Positions 12,539 to 25,468 of a stretch of 64,000 nt of DNA are shown piece by piece. Source of the stretch: Chrysomallon squamiferum (Eukaryota; Animalia; Mollusca); contig CM022672.1 of NCBI GenBank assembly GCA_012295275.1, positions 20,212,001 through 20,276,000 on the forward strand. Reading direction: 5' to 3'. The number at the start of each line of letters is the position of its first letter. The first letter of the stretch is position 1. The translations under genes and the position numbers were made by a program. Under the pieces are notes generated by a model. It made no database searches, was not told the DNA's origin, and saw only the letters and a program-made list of their open reading frames with translations.

Positions 12539-13383
12539 CTATTTTTTGCTTTCCTTTTCTTTATTAGAACCACTAAACCATGCAGTACCAATCTTAACAG
12601 CGAACGCAACTAAATCCAGAGCGGCAACATTAACAACATTTAGCAACTGAAAGGATAATGAAAACCGTTCAACTAAAATGCTATAAATAGAATAGAATAA
12701 AATAAAATGCATGAAATGAAATAAAATAATACAAACAAAACAAAATAAAATAAAATAAACAAGTAAATAAAACAAAACAGTATAATATATATGAAATAAA
12801 GTAAAAAAAGAGAATTAAAAAATATCATAAAATAAATAAGAAATAATAATATAATGAAATTAAATTACATACTCGATATGCTGCACTGATAGGTGAAGGC
12901 GACGATATAATTGTCTTCGATACTTTTCTGTGTAATTAATTAACTAATTTAGTTATTTATTCTTGTATTTACTAAAACCCGAAATGAAATAATTTTTCAA
13001 TGATAATGACTTAAAGATGATACTGTTTTGTTCTAGTCCGTTTTACAAAGACGGACGAAATATTTTAATATTGAAATAGCACAGATAAATCGTAATAATC
13101 TCCCCCCCCTCCAATATTTATATATTTAAGACATGTATTTTTAATCTTAGCAAAGATCCAGGTCATTACCTTTAAAGCATTATGCATACGCTTAAAATAA
13201 ATAAATAATAAAATAAACATTTACAAAATATATCTTTTAATAAAATGCCTCTAGTACTGTACTACATTAAATCATCCTCTCAATAATGTCAAAATGTTTA
13301 ATGTAGTATTAAGCATAATTATAATTTAGTTTTCTTTGAATAATTATTTAATTATTATTCTATTTGTTTTACTTTAAAATGAA

Positions 13384-13441
<58 letters not shown>

Positions 13442-15089
13442 TCACATTCACATTTGTAATCGAATTTACTCGAATGTAATACTAGACTGTTTTGATTTTA
13501 AGCAGTACAGTTAACTTAACAAAGATAATAACCATTGTTACTGCATCAGACTTCGCTTTGCCGTATCGACATTTGCTGGCGAAACTCTTGCAGTTGTCAC
13601 AACAAAGGTTGTAAGTTGTTCGTCCAATGCTATTGTTCGCTATCTCAACAATTTCTTCGCTTTCCAGAGGCCTGTCAATTATAGTATTCAATTGATCATG
13701 TTTAAATAAAAGACAGCAATGTACTTAGCAACAAATATTTCATAATATTATTACTGTTAATAAATAGTTTCGTATTTTCATGACTTTTTATATAATTTAT
13801 ATAACACATACGCACAACCAGACCCCATTTCATTAAATGCAGCGTTTAAGTTGATTTATTAGTGCTAATATTCATCCAAATTAGCTTGATGCTGCTTAAT
13901 ATTTGTACTCCAAAGATTATAATTATAATTATATACTTTTTAATGAAAAGATAAAAGTATCGGAAACTGATGAAATTATTAGCAGCAGATATAAACTAAA
14001 AATTTGAATAAAACTGAAATTGAAAAAAACAAATCACACACAATAATATACATACACACACCTAACTGATAGATCAAATTTTCTCTCGAGTTTTAGCTTT
14101 AATCTGTTTATGTTCAATTAGGTATTTAAATCAAATTTACGTGCGACCCCTGTCTTGTTTTATGTTCACTGGACTGCCGTTTTGGACATCCTCCAATTTT
14201 TCCCTTTTCACCACTGCCGGTCCAGCTACTCCACGAATGGAAAATGAATTACTTTTATTCTGATCTGGAACTTTGTGAATTACCTCTCCATTACCTACAA
14301 AATAATATGTAACTTATAAACTAAAAAAATATAATAATACAAAAATATAAAACATTATCCCCAAAACACCAAAAACAAAACAGGTGTAACCTAATTTAGT
14401 GACATAGTTTATTTCGACAATATAGGTATTAATATTGGCATAACAAATCGATCGACGTTTTCAAGGAGTCAGGTATAATAGTTGCAAGAGATCAACATGG
14501 AGTATGATCGCTTTTTGCTTTAAAAAAATCACTGAACAGACTTAACTAATTTAGAAATACAAGATCTTCTGCCAGCTGTAAAATTTGCTGACGTAAATCC
14601 TGAGATATCAATGCACTAAAGTGGAATATCAACTGAAAGCATATATAACGAATGAAAGCAAACCTTACTTGCCTTTGGAAATCAGTTCGTCTTCTCATAT
14701 CATTGAAGAAAATGTACCCGTAACTGAGTGAGAGAATTAGTCTGAATAAAATTCCCATCCTTTCAAGTTGTTTCTTATGTTTCCATCCAGCCATAATTAA
14801 TTTTTAAACGTGTAATAAGTTTTAATCTGTATGGTCTACGAATTTATTCAGAAATACTCTGATGCTTGTAACTCTTTATCGTGGTTACATTCTTTCATAG
14901 AGTATTTTGCCATATGCAAAGAAATAATTTTTTAATAAAAATTATAATGGAAAAAGTCCTACCTGCATAAACACCCTCATGATAATATAGTCCACGATCA
15001 AACTGCAGTATCTCTCCTTTTTTAAAGCTATCTTCTTCTTCAAAACTATCGTCTCTGTTACTTGTATCTTGTAGTGACATTATGTTCAT
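12539..15089 (-). CDS. Divergent PLAAT-like protein, copy B3 (~172 aa, 4 exons)
   Basis: Exons 15089-14963, 14294-14141, 13671-13542, 12646-12539, in frame with GT-AG. Motifs GEILQFDRGLYYHEGVY, VIHK, YNLCCDNCKSFASKCRYG; hydrophobic tail. An alternative in-frame exon 3 donor lies 9 nt further on, and an alternative ATG at 15080. Confidence 0.88.
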
Positions 15090-15334
15090 TGATGGTGTAA
15101 TTTGTCACTAAATGTTTCAATCTGAAATGTTTGTTCGAGAGAATGCGACTTATGCCCAGGTAAGAATGTTTTAGTTGCTATTCACTTTCCTTGTAATGTG
15201 TCAGTTTCCACGAATCGCAGTTTCTGTATATGGACACAACAAATATGGATAGTACAAAGAACAATCAGGTCATGTCAAGATCTATAAAAAATTAAAAACT
15301 GAACTTTAGTAGTGAGTTATATAATCATTAGATA

Positions 15335-17248
15335 TGGTGTCGTTATGATACTGAAAAAAGTTTGGACAGGTAAACAAACTGAACTGTCATCATCAACATC
15401 ATCATTATAATCAATATATAACCAGTCAATAATAATAATAATTTAAAAAAAAAAAACGCCTAATGTATACAGACTCAGACTGAACGCTCGACCTGAAATG
15501 CCCTCATATTCCTGTCTGTAGTAAAGTGATATATACTACTCAAAAGAAGTTAAAGACCAAAAAGGAACTTTTCTTTAGGCCAGAAAGGGTTAGAATATTA
15601 ACCTTTGTGTTACTTAGCTCGAGCGTAATTCAATGCATGCCAGTTTTAGCAATAAAAGGGAGGACCGTATTCCTTTCATCATCATTTTAAATTTGAAGAT
15701 GGTTCGAAGATAATTCAGTTGGCAAGCCAGTGGAAGGACTACAATACACACTCAAAGATTTGTAGTTCACCGTCTAAATGGAAGCCAAATTGTTATAGGT
15801 AGACACTGGAAGAGGCACAGGACACTAATTCTATTAAAAATTGCTCTCGTTCTGGCTGACCACGATCAAGAATAGCACGAAAAGACCGCTTCCTGATGAT
15901 AACGGCACTTCAACAGCGTTTTCGTGAACAACTCACAGCTGCTACAGACATTAGCGTGTCTGACCAAACCATTAGGAATCATCTGCTAGAAAAAGGTTTA
16001 CGAAATCCTGTAGTCCGATCAAGCTGCCTGCCCTTCACAAAAGGGCTCGCCTTGATTGGTGTAGACTTCGTATCAGGTGGAACCGTGGGCAGTGGGCCGA
16101 GACCATATTCACAGATGAGTCACAGTCCTTGTTCCAGTTCAGTGATGACGGGCTCGAATTTACCTTCGTCAAGGAGAAATATTTTCTGATGTTAACGATG
16201 TTCAAAATCTACCATTTGGAAGAGGCAGTGTAATGGTGTAGGCGGGCATATCCACGGATCGCACAACTCCTCTGTACATCATTAATGGAAATTTGACTGG
16301 TCAGCGAGATTGTTCAACCTTTTGTAATTCCACTTCTGCAGCGGACTGAACCAGGAGCTGGTGGTGACCGACTTCGTGCCAGGGTGGTGGTTTTCTTGCA
16401 GCAGCATAACCTTCAGACATTCACCAGACTTGTCACCCATAGAGCATCCATGGGATGAGCTAGGGCGGCGAGTTCGATCACATCATGTCCCTGCCGTCAA
16501 CCTCAGCAACTGGCTCAGCAATTAGTTACAGAATGGCAAGTGATTCCTCAGTGTTATTTCCAACGCATGGTAAAGCTTGGGACAACGTTCTGAAGAATGT
16601 GTGAATGCTAATGGTGGCTCCACAAGTTTCTGATGCTTCTACTATATGAGTGAACATCATTTCTGGGGGTGCATGATTTTCCCCGTCTAGGTAGTAAACT
16701 AGTTTCCACGAATATTTTTTGTTTTTTGTTTTCTCTTTTTGAGACATCAAATAAATAATTTGTTATTAGTCGTCACAATTTTAGTATATTAGCTTATTTT
16801 CATTTGCACAAATATTTTTGACCCTTAACTTCTTTTGAGAAGTACATACGTACATACGTACATACATACATACATATCGGAGGGTAAATACGATTTTTTT
16901 CTGCTATTTCAGTAATAAAATATTTCGTATGTCTTTCTGAAAGCTACCTAGAATAAAGCATTATCTTTAGGTCATTACTATTGAATAATTATTTTATTTT
17001 GAGTTTCAGTAAATAAATAAATCAAAAGAAAAGTACTGAAAACAATTAAATCGTCGCCCTCACCTATCAGTTCAACATACTGACTATGTAATTTCATTTC
17101 ATTATATTATATTATTTATTTATTTATTTATTTTATTACATTAAATTATTTTATATTTTAAATCTTTATTTTTATTTTATTTCATATAATTTTATTTTTC
17201 TTTGGTTTACTTTATTTCATGTATATTATATTGTTTTGTCTTATTAAT

Positions 17249-17288
<40 letters not shown>

Positions 17289-17448
17289 ATTGTATTTTAG
17301 CTGTTTCATTATATTTTTAGGTGGAAAGTTTCAGCAGCTAATGCCATTGCGGGTTTAGCTGTCGTCGCTGATGATGTTGCTGTTGTCTACATGTCTAGTA
17401 GTGATTCTAATAAAGAAAAGAAACGCAATAAACCCACAAACATATTAA
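15335..17448 (+). pseudogene. PLAAT A-type remnant (3' end of exon 3, Tc1-interrupted intron 3, frameshifted exon 4)
   Basis: tggtgtcgttatgatactgaaaaaag..ggacag|gtaaac at 15335-15369, and tag|gtggaaagt...tctaataaagaaaagaaa at 17321-17448, homologous to A2 exons 3 and 4. Confidence 0.8.
15536..16842 (+). mobile_element. Decayed Tc1/mariner DNA transposon (~1.3 kb)
   Basis: ~28-bp TIRs (ctactcaaaagaagttaa... / ...ttaacttcttttgagaag) flanked by TA. Disrupted transposase fragments ISVSDQTIRNHL, FTDES, GSVMV*AGIS, SPDLSPIEHPWDELGRR. Confidence 0.9.
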
Positions 17449-17776
17449 CATTTCCGACTTTCAGATGAAGAAGAAGAACACAGTGTTATATTTAAAAGGT
17501 ACTAATAAATGTTCTTTGTGGTACTTTGGTTTGTTTTATGTATATAATCTCTAAACAATAGTCGCTAATTATAATTAATAAAGCAGAATTATTAGTAATT
17601 TGAAAAAAATGTAAAGTTAAAAAATATATATGGAGTATTAACAATCGTAAAAATAATGTAACTAACGTTTTAATTATTATTATTATTATTTTTTTTTTTT
17701 TAATCAGTATAGATTCAGTTTAAAAAGTGTTTTTATCTTTTCCAGCAATATTTATATTATTATTATTATTATTATT

Positions 17777-17812
<36 letters not shown>

Positions 17813-18609
17813 ATTATTATTATTATTATACTGACTGTTTGTTGTTATTATTATTATTATTATTTTTAGTAGTAGTAATGGCAGAAGTAGTGGCAGTAGT
17901 AGCAGCAGCTGTAGTAGTAGTAGCAGTAGTAACAGCAGCAGCAGTAGCAGTAGTAGTAATTTTATTTACTTATTTATTTATTTATTTATCATATTTCTGA
18001 TGTCATTGTTGTGGCCAGTGGTGTTTTGTTTAGACGGTTAACTGAACTTTCTCGAAAGAATTGTTTTCCAAGAATTGGGTTTTTCCAGTTTTTCTTTACA
18101 TAGTACACAATACAAACATGACATGAATGCTGTCACGTTCAGTAACAATTCATTGAAAACAAATTACACAGGCATCTGATTGAAACTTTATTATTATTAT
18201 TATTATTTCTTTGTTAAAAATATGATAATTTGTTTAATACTATTATTATTATTATTAATAGAAATAATAGCAGTAACTTGTATAGCCAGAAACTTGTATA
18301 GCATATAAATGTTAAAAGAGAATGGCATAATAAAATAAATTAATAATGAACAAAGAAGCTGTTTTTATTTTAAAATGTTTAAACTGTAAGCATTATCACA
18401 GATACCAAATGTATTTGTGTACAAAATACATAATTTATTATCTGACTGAAATATCTCAAAAATAGAAATTTCTAACGTCTTCAGTGAGTGATTAAATTTT
18501 TTTATATTAGCTAACAGTCAACTATGTCTTGAACAGCAGATGTTTGATTACTTTACCGACATAGGAGTTTTGATGGACTGAAAAGACAGCCCTGTTACAA
18601 ATATGTAAC

Positions 18610-18652
<43 letters not shown>

Positions 18653-19071
18653 TGCATATTGTTGGAAAAGATAAAAAAAAAAAAACAACTTTTAAACTGA
18701 ATCTATACTGATTAAAATAAAAAGTTAGTTACATTATTTATTGTCAATACGCCATATATGTTTTTTTTTTTTTTTTTGTTTTCGATGACTAATAATTCTA
18801 CTGTACTAATTATAACTAGCGACTATTGTTTACACTATTATATAGATATAAAACAAATCAAAATATCACAAATAACATTTATTTAGTACCATTTATATAT
18901 AACAGTTTATTCCCAATTTTTATATATTTTTCATGAAAAATCAAAGACTAAATTAAAGCTAAAATCTAATCCTGTAAAATTTGTTATGCTTCTAAAGGTG
19001 ATAAAAATGTTCAGTTTAGTCTTTCTTCTTCGTTTTTCTTCTGGAACCGGAAGTCGGAAATATTAATACAT

Positions 19072-19920
19072 CTATTTTTTGCTTTCCTTTTTTTTTTTTT
19101 TAGAACCACTAAACCATGCAGTACCAATCTTAACAGCGAACGCCACTAAACCCACAGCGGCAACATTAACAACATTTAGCAACTGAAAGGATAATGAAAA
19201 CCGTTCAACTAAAATGCTATAAATAGAATAGAATAAAATAAATAGCATGAAATGAAATAAAATAATACAAACAAAACAAAATAAAATAAAATAAACGAGT
19301 AAATAAAACAAAACAGTATAATATATATGAAATAAAGTAAAAAAAGAGAATTAAAAAATATCATAAAATAAATAAGAAATAATAATATAATGAAATTAAA
19401 TTACATACTCGATATGCTGCACTGATAGGTGAAGGCGACGATATAATTGTCTTCGATACTTTTCTGTGTAATTAATTAACTAATTTAGTTATTTATTCTT
19501 GTATTTACTAAAACCCGAAATGAAATAATTTTTCAATGATAATGACTTAAAGATGATACTGTTTTGTTCTAGTCCGTTTTACAAAGACGGACGAAATATT
19601 TTAATATTGAAGTAGCACAGATAAATCGTAATAATCTCCCCCCCCCTCCAATATTTATATATTTAAAACATGTATTTTTAATCTTAGCAAAGATCCAGGT
19701 CATTACCTTTAAAGCATTATGCATACGCTTAAAATAAATAAATAATAAAATAAACATTTACAAAATATATCTTTTAATAAAATGCCTCTAGTACTGTACT
19801 ACATTAAATCATCCTCTCAATAATGTCAAAATGTTTAATGTAGTATTAAGCATAATTATAATTTAGTTTTCTTTGAATAATTATTTAATTATTATTCTAT
19901 TTGTTTTACTTTAAAATGAA

Positions 19921-19978
<58 letters not shown>

Positions 19979-21733
19979 TCACATTCACATTTGTAATCGA
20001 ATTTACTCGAATGTAATACTAGACTGTTTTGATTTTAAGCAGTACAGTTAACTTAACAAAGATAATAACCATTGTTACTGCATCAGACTTCGCTTTGCCG
20101 TATCGACATTTGCTGGCGAAACTCTTGCAGTTGTCACAACAAAGGTTGTAAGTTGTTCGTCCAATGCTATTGTTCGCTATCTCAACAATTTCTTCGCTTT
20201 CCAGAGGCCTGTCAATTATAGTATTCAATTGATCATGTTTAAATAAAAGACAGCAATGTACTTAGCAACAAATATTTCATAATATTATTACTGTTAATAA
20301 ATAGTTTCGTATTTTCATGACTTTTTATATAATTTATATAACACATACGCACAACCAGACCCCATTTCATTAAATGCAGCGTTTAAGTTTATTTGTTAGT
20401 GGCTAATATTCATCCTAATTAGCTTGATGCTGCTTAATATTTGTACTCCAAAGATTATAATTATAATTATATACTTTTTAATGAAAAGATAAAAGTATCG
20501 GAAACTGATGAAATTATTAGCAGCAGAGGTAAACTAAAAATTTGAATAAAACTGAAATTGAGAAAAACAAATCACACACAATAATATACATACACACACC
20601 TAACTGATAGATCAAATTTTCTCTTGAGTTTTAGCTTTAATCTGTTTATGTTCAAATAGGTATTTAAATCAAATTTACGTGCGACCCCTGTCTTGTTTTA
20701 TGTTCACTGGACTGCCGTTTTGGACATCCTCCAATTTTTCCCTTTTCACCGCTGCCGGTCCAGCTACTCCACGAATGGAAAATGAATTACTTTTATTCTG
20801 ATCTGGAACTTTGTGAATTACCTCTCCATTACCTACAAAATAATATGTAACTTATAAACTAAAAAAATATAATAATACAAAAATATAAAACATTATCCCC
20901 AAAACACCAAAAACAAAACAGGTGTAACCTAATTTAGTGACATAGTTTATTTCGACAATATAGGTATTAATATTGGCATAACAAACTGATCGACGTTTTC
21001 AAGGAGTCAGGTATAAAAGTTGCAAGAGATCAACATGGAGTATGATCGCTTTTTGCTTTAAAAAAATCACTGAACAGACTTGACTAATTTAGAAATACAA
21101 GATCTTCTGCCAGCTGTAAAATTTGCTGACGTAAATCCTGAGATATCAATGCACTAAAGTATCTATTGGCTACAGATAGATCATCTGATACTCTGTAATG
21201 ATTTGGATATTAAGATATAAACACTGCTGTATTGGAAAACAGAAATTAAACCAGTAGATTTTGCAAGTGGAATATCAACTGGTATAATCAAATAACGAAT
21301 GAAAGCAAACTTTACTTGCCTTTGGAAATCAGTTCGTCTTCTCAAATCATTGAAGAAAATGTACCCGTAACTGAGTGAGAGAATTAGTCTGAATAAAATT
21401 CCCATCCTTTCAAGTTGTTTCTTATGTTTCCATCCAGCCATAATTAATTTTTAAACGTGTAATAAGTTTTAATCTGTATGGTCTACGAATTTATTCAGAA
21501 ATACTCTGCTGCTTGTAACTCTTTATCGTGGTTACATTCTTTCATAGAGTATTTTGCCATATGCATGTCATTAGAAAAGAAATACTTTTTTTTATAAAAA
21601 TTATAATGGAAAAAGTCCTACCTACATAAACACCCTCATGATTATATAGTCCACGATCAAACTGCAGAATGTCTCCTTTTCTAAAGCTATCTTCCTCTTC
21701 AAAATTTGTATCTTGTAGTGACATTATATTCAT
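19072..21733 (-). CDS. Divergent PLAAT-like protein, copy B4 (~168 aa, 4 exons)
   Basis: Exons 21733-21622, 20832-20679, 20208-20079, 19182-19072, in frame. Motifs GDILQFDRGLYNHEGVY, VIHK, CCDNCKSF. Exon 1 is 15 nt shorter than in B3. Confidence 0.88.
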
Positions 21734-21994
21734 TGATGGTGTAGTTTGTCACTAAATGTTTCGATCTGAAATGTTTGTTCGAGAGAATGCGACTTATGCC
21801 CAGGTAAGAATGTTTTAGTTGCTATTCACTTTCCTTGTAATGTGTCAGTTTCCACGAATCGCAGTTTCTATGTATGGACACAACAAATATGGATAGTACA
21901 AAGAACAATCAGGTCATGTCAAGATCTATAAAAGATTAAAAAATGAACTTTAGTAGTGAGTTATATAATCATTAGATATGGTGTCGTTATGATA

Positions 21995-22642
21995 CTGATG
22001 TTAACGATGTTCAAAATCTACCATTTGGAAGAGGCAGTGTAATGGTGTAGGCGGGCATATCCACGGATCGCACATCTCCTCTGTACATCATTAATGGAAA
22101 TTTGACTGGTCAGCGAGATTGTTCAACCTTTTGTAATTCCACTTCTGCAGCGGACTGAACCAGGAGCTGGTGGTGACCGACTTCGTGCCAGGGTGGTGGT
22201 TTTCTTGCAGCAGCATAACCTTCAGACATTCACCAGACTTGTCACCCATAGAGCATGCATGGGATGAGCTAGGGCGGCGAGTTCGATCACATCATGTCCC
22301 TGCCGTCAACCTCAGCATCTGGCTCAGCAATTAGTTACCGAATGGCAAGTGATTCCTCAGTGTTATTTCCAACGCATGGTAAAGCTTGGGACAACGTTCT
22401 GAAGAATGTGTGAATGCTAATGGTGGCTCCACAAGTTTCTAATGCTTCTACTATATGTGTGAACATCATTTCTGGGGGTGCATGATTTTCCCCGTCTAGG
22501 TAGTAAACTAGTTTCCACGAATATTTTTTGTTTTTTGTTTTCTCTTTTTGAGACATCAAATAAATAATTTGTTATTAGTCGTCACAATTTTAGTATATTA
22601 GCTTATTTTCATTTGCACAAATATTTTTGACCCTTAACTTCT
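21995..22642 (+). mobile_element. Truncated duplicate of the Tc1/mariner element (3' half)
   Basis: Near-identical to 16186-16832. The left part and the right terminus are deleted. Confidence 0.88.
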
Positions 22643-23029
22643 ATCGGAGGGTAAATACGATTTTTTTCTGCTATTTCAATAATAAAATATTTCGTACGTC
22701 TTTCTGAAAGCTACCTAGAATAAAGCATTATCTTTAGGTCATTACTATTGAACACAGTGTTATATTTAAAAGGTATTAATAAATGTTCTTTGCGGTACTT
22801 TGGTTTGTTTTATGTATATAATCTCTAAACAATAGTCGCTAATTATAATTAGTATAGCAGAATTATTAGTAATTTGAAAAAAAATGTAAAGTTAAAAAAT
22901 ATATATGGAGTATTAACAATCGTAAAAATAATGTAACTAACTTTTTAATTATTATTATTATTATTATTATTATTTTTTTAATCAGTATCGATTCAGTTTA
23001 AAAAGTGTTTTTATCTTTTCCAGCAATAT

Positions 23030-23467
23030 GGCTATTATTATTATTACATATATTATTATTATTGTTATGGCTACAATAGCTGTGGTTGTTGTTGTTGTTG
23101 TTGTTGTTGTTCTTCTTCTTCTTCTTCTTCTTCTTCTTATTATTATTATTATTATTAGTAGTAGTAGTAGTAGTAGTAGTAATGGCAGAAGTAATGGCTG
23201 TAGTAGTAGCATTTTATTTATTTATTTATTTATTTTCATATTTCTTAGGTCATTGTTATGGCAATGGTGTTTTGTTCTGACGGTTAAATAAATTTCCTCG
23301 GAAACTTTAATTTCCAAGAATTGGGTTTTTCCAGTTTTTCTTTACATAGTACACAATGTAAACAAGATGTGACTGCTGTCACGTTCAATAACAATTCAGT
23401 TAAACCAAATCTGATTTAGACTTCTTGTTCTTTTTCTTATTATTATTACTACTACCAACACTACTAC

Positions 23468-23510
<43 letters not shown>

Positions 23511-23627
23511 TTTGTTTATTAATACAGTTATTAGTAATAGAAATAGTAGTAGCACTAGTTTATTATTCTTATTTTTATTATTTGTTTTTGTTTTTTGTTT
23601 ATTAATTATGTTTGTTTATTATTATTA

Positions 23628-23677
<50 letters not shown>

Positions 23678-23700
23678 TTTATTATTATTATTTTTTTTTT
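23030..23700. repeat. Compound microsatellites (ATT, GTT, CTT, AGT)n; similar tracts occur throughout the window
   Basis: Visible directly; these produce the poly-L/I/V/S/R/T pseudo-ORFs in the track. Confidence 0.95.
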
Positions 23701-24837
23701 ATATTTCCTTGGCTATTCCTGTCAAATGAAATTTCTCGAAAGTTTTAATTTCTTTAACTGCGTTTTTCCTCTTTCAGTTTTCATAGTACACACCGCAAAC
23801 AGGATATGGAAACCAAATGAATGTAACAATCCAAAAAAAACATGTATATATTAATATTAATATTTATATATACGTGTATATTTAACAATTTCAAGTATCC
23901 TCTGATTCGTGATATACCCACGTAAAATGGACAAAAACATCGAAGTATCAAAGAATGAACATTATTATTTCTTTTAACATAACCTTATTTATTTATTTAT
24001 TTATACTTTGTTCTTCTGTTTGTTTGTTTGTTTCATTTTATTATTTTTATTTCAGACACATTTTATTTTGTTTTTATTTGTTTATTTATTATTTTAGTGA
24101 AGTTTATTTTTGTTTTTATTTTTATTTATTTTATTTTTATGCTACACATTTTCATGTATAATGAAAGTTATAACTTGTTAGACGGCTTTTTAAACTTTTT
24201 TATTTAATATATTAATTTTATAAAATATCTTATCCCTAAGGTTTTAATGCAACAGTACAAGCAATGAATAGAGATTATAGAATTTATTTGGCATTAGAAG
24301 AAAACAACAATTACTTTTCTCTTTGGAGAGAACTTCAAAATCTCATCTTAATATTTTTTTAAAAAGAAAAGAACAGAATAAAAAAATAGGATAATAATAC
24401 GTGAAGAAAGAAATCAAAAGGATGAACAACAACAACTACAGAATGAATAGGCTTGGGAACAATAAAAACGAAACTTTGACAGAAGTAATAAATTTGAATG
24501 CTAAAGAAACATTAGGTATAAAAGCAAGAACTATATTTATATATAAATCAGCGGGAAAAAATATTAAGCACAAAAATAAATAAATATATATATATATATA
24601 AAATAAAAAATAAAAACCATTAAACTACTGGTAACGTTTAATTCATCAAATAATTTTATAATTATTCAAGTAGCTGTAAAATAAAATTATTATTCTTATG
24701 ATATATATTTTGCCATTGTTTTTTTTTTTTTAATTTTAATTTATTTGGTACATACTGTTTAAAATTTTGACATTAATTTGTGTTCGTTCCTATAAACATG
24801 TATAGTAAATAAAAAAAGCACACATATACATACAAAA

Positions 24838-24876
<39 letters not shown>

Positions 24877-24943
24877 CTCAAATGTTATAAATTAAACTGT
24901 CAACTAAGAAACAAACAAGTTAATTAATAACAACAGCTAAACT

Positions 24944-24991
<48 letters not shown>

Positions 24992-25468
24992 ATTTAATAA
25001 TTTTAAAATTATTAGTCTCTGTTTAGCACTTCTTTATTTCCATTATTTTTGTTCTTCATTTATGGAAGTTTTGTTCAGCTTGTTTAGTATGGCTATTCCC
25101 AGGGCATGTTCTTAAACTGATTGGTTTTATTCTAAAAATACATACATAAATAAAACAATAAAACTAATAATAAATTAAACATTTACAAAAAATATCTTTT
25201 AATAAAATGCCTCTAGTACTGTACTGAATTAAATGATCCTCAGAATAATGTCAAAATATTTAATGTCGTTTGCAGCATAATTATAATTTTCTTTTCTTTT
25301 ATATATGCAAAAATTGAGTAATTATTTTATTATCATTTGATTTGTTTTGTTTTTTAATGAATTACACACACACACACACACATTCACATTTGTAATCGAA
25401 TTTACTCGAATGTAATACTAGACTGTTTTGATTTTAAGCAATACAGTTAACTTAACAAATATAATAAC

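Larger units (their letters stand above)
11196..22978. repeat. Tandem repeat units (~6.5 kb, 11196-17699; ~5.3 kb, 17700-22978), each with one B-type gene plus an A-type remnant and Tc1; partial unit at 4492-7825
   Basis: Unit start ttaatcagtatagattcagtttaaaaagtg recurs at ~11196, ~17700 and ~22979. Colinear ORFs 13482/20019, 14546/21181 and 16526/22335. Confidence 0.9.

Noticed and set aside
14546-14794. ATG-initiated ORF MAGWKHKKQLERMG... recurring in B-gene intron 1
   Set aside because: The frame and length differ between copies (21181, 26568, ~7500-7780), so it is not under coding constraint.
16526-16750. 74-aa ORF duplicated at 22335-22559
   Set aside because: Antisense to the 3' end of the Tc1 transposase.
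22982-24161. Several ORFs rich in poly-L/I/V/R/T/F that resemble membrane or signal peptides
   Set aside because: They are translations of trinucleotide microsatellites and T-rich tracts, with no splice or homology support.
24225-24583. Purine-rich, coding-looking stretch including a 60-aa ORF
   Set aside because: Stops interrupt the frames and I recognise no family. It may be decayed mobile DNA, but I cannot support a call.
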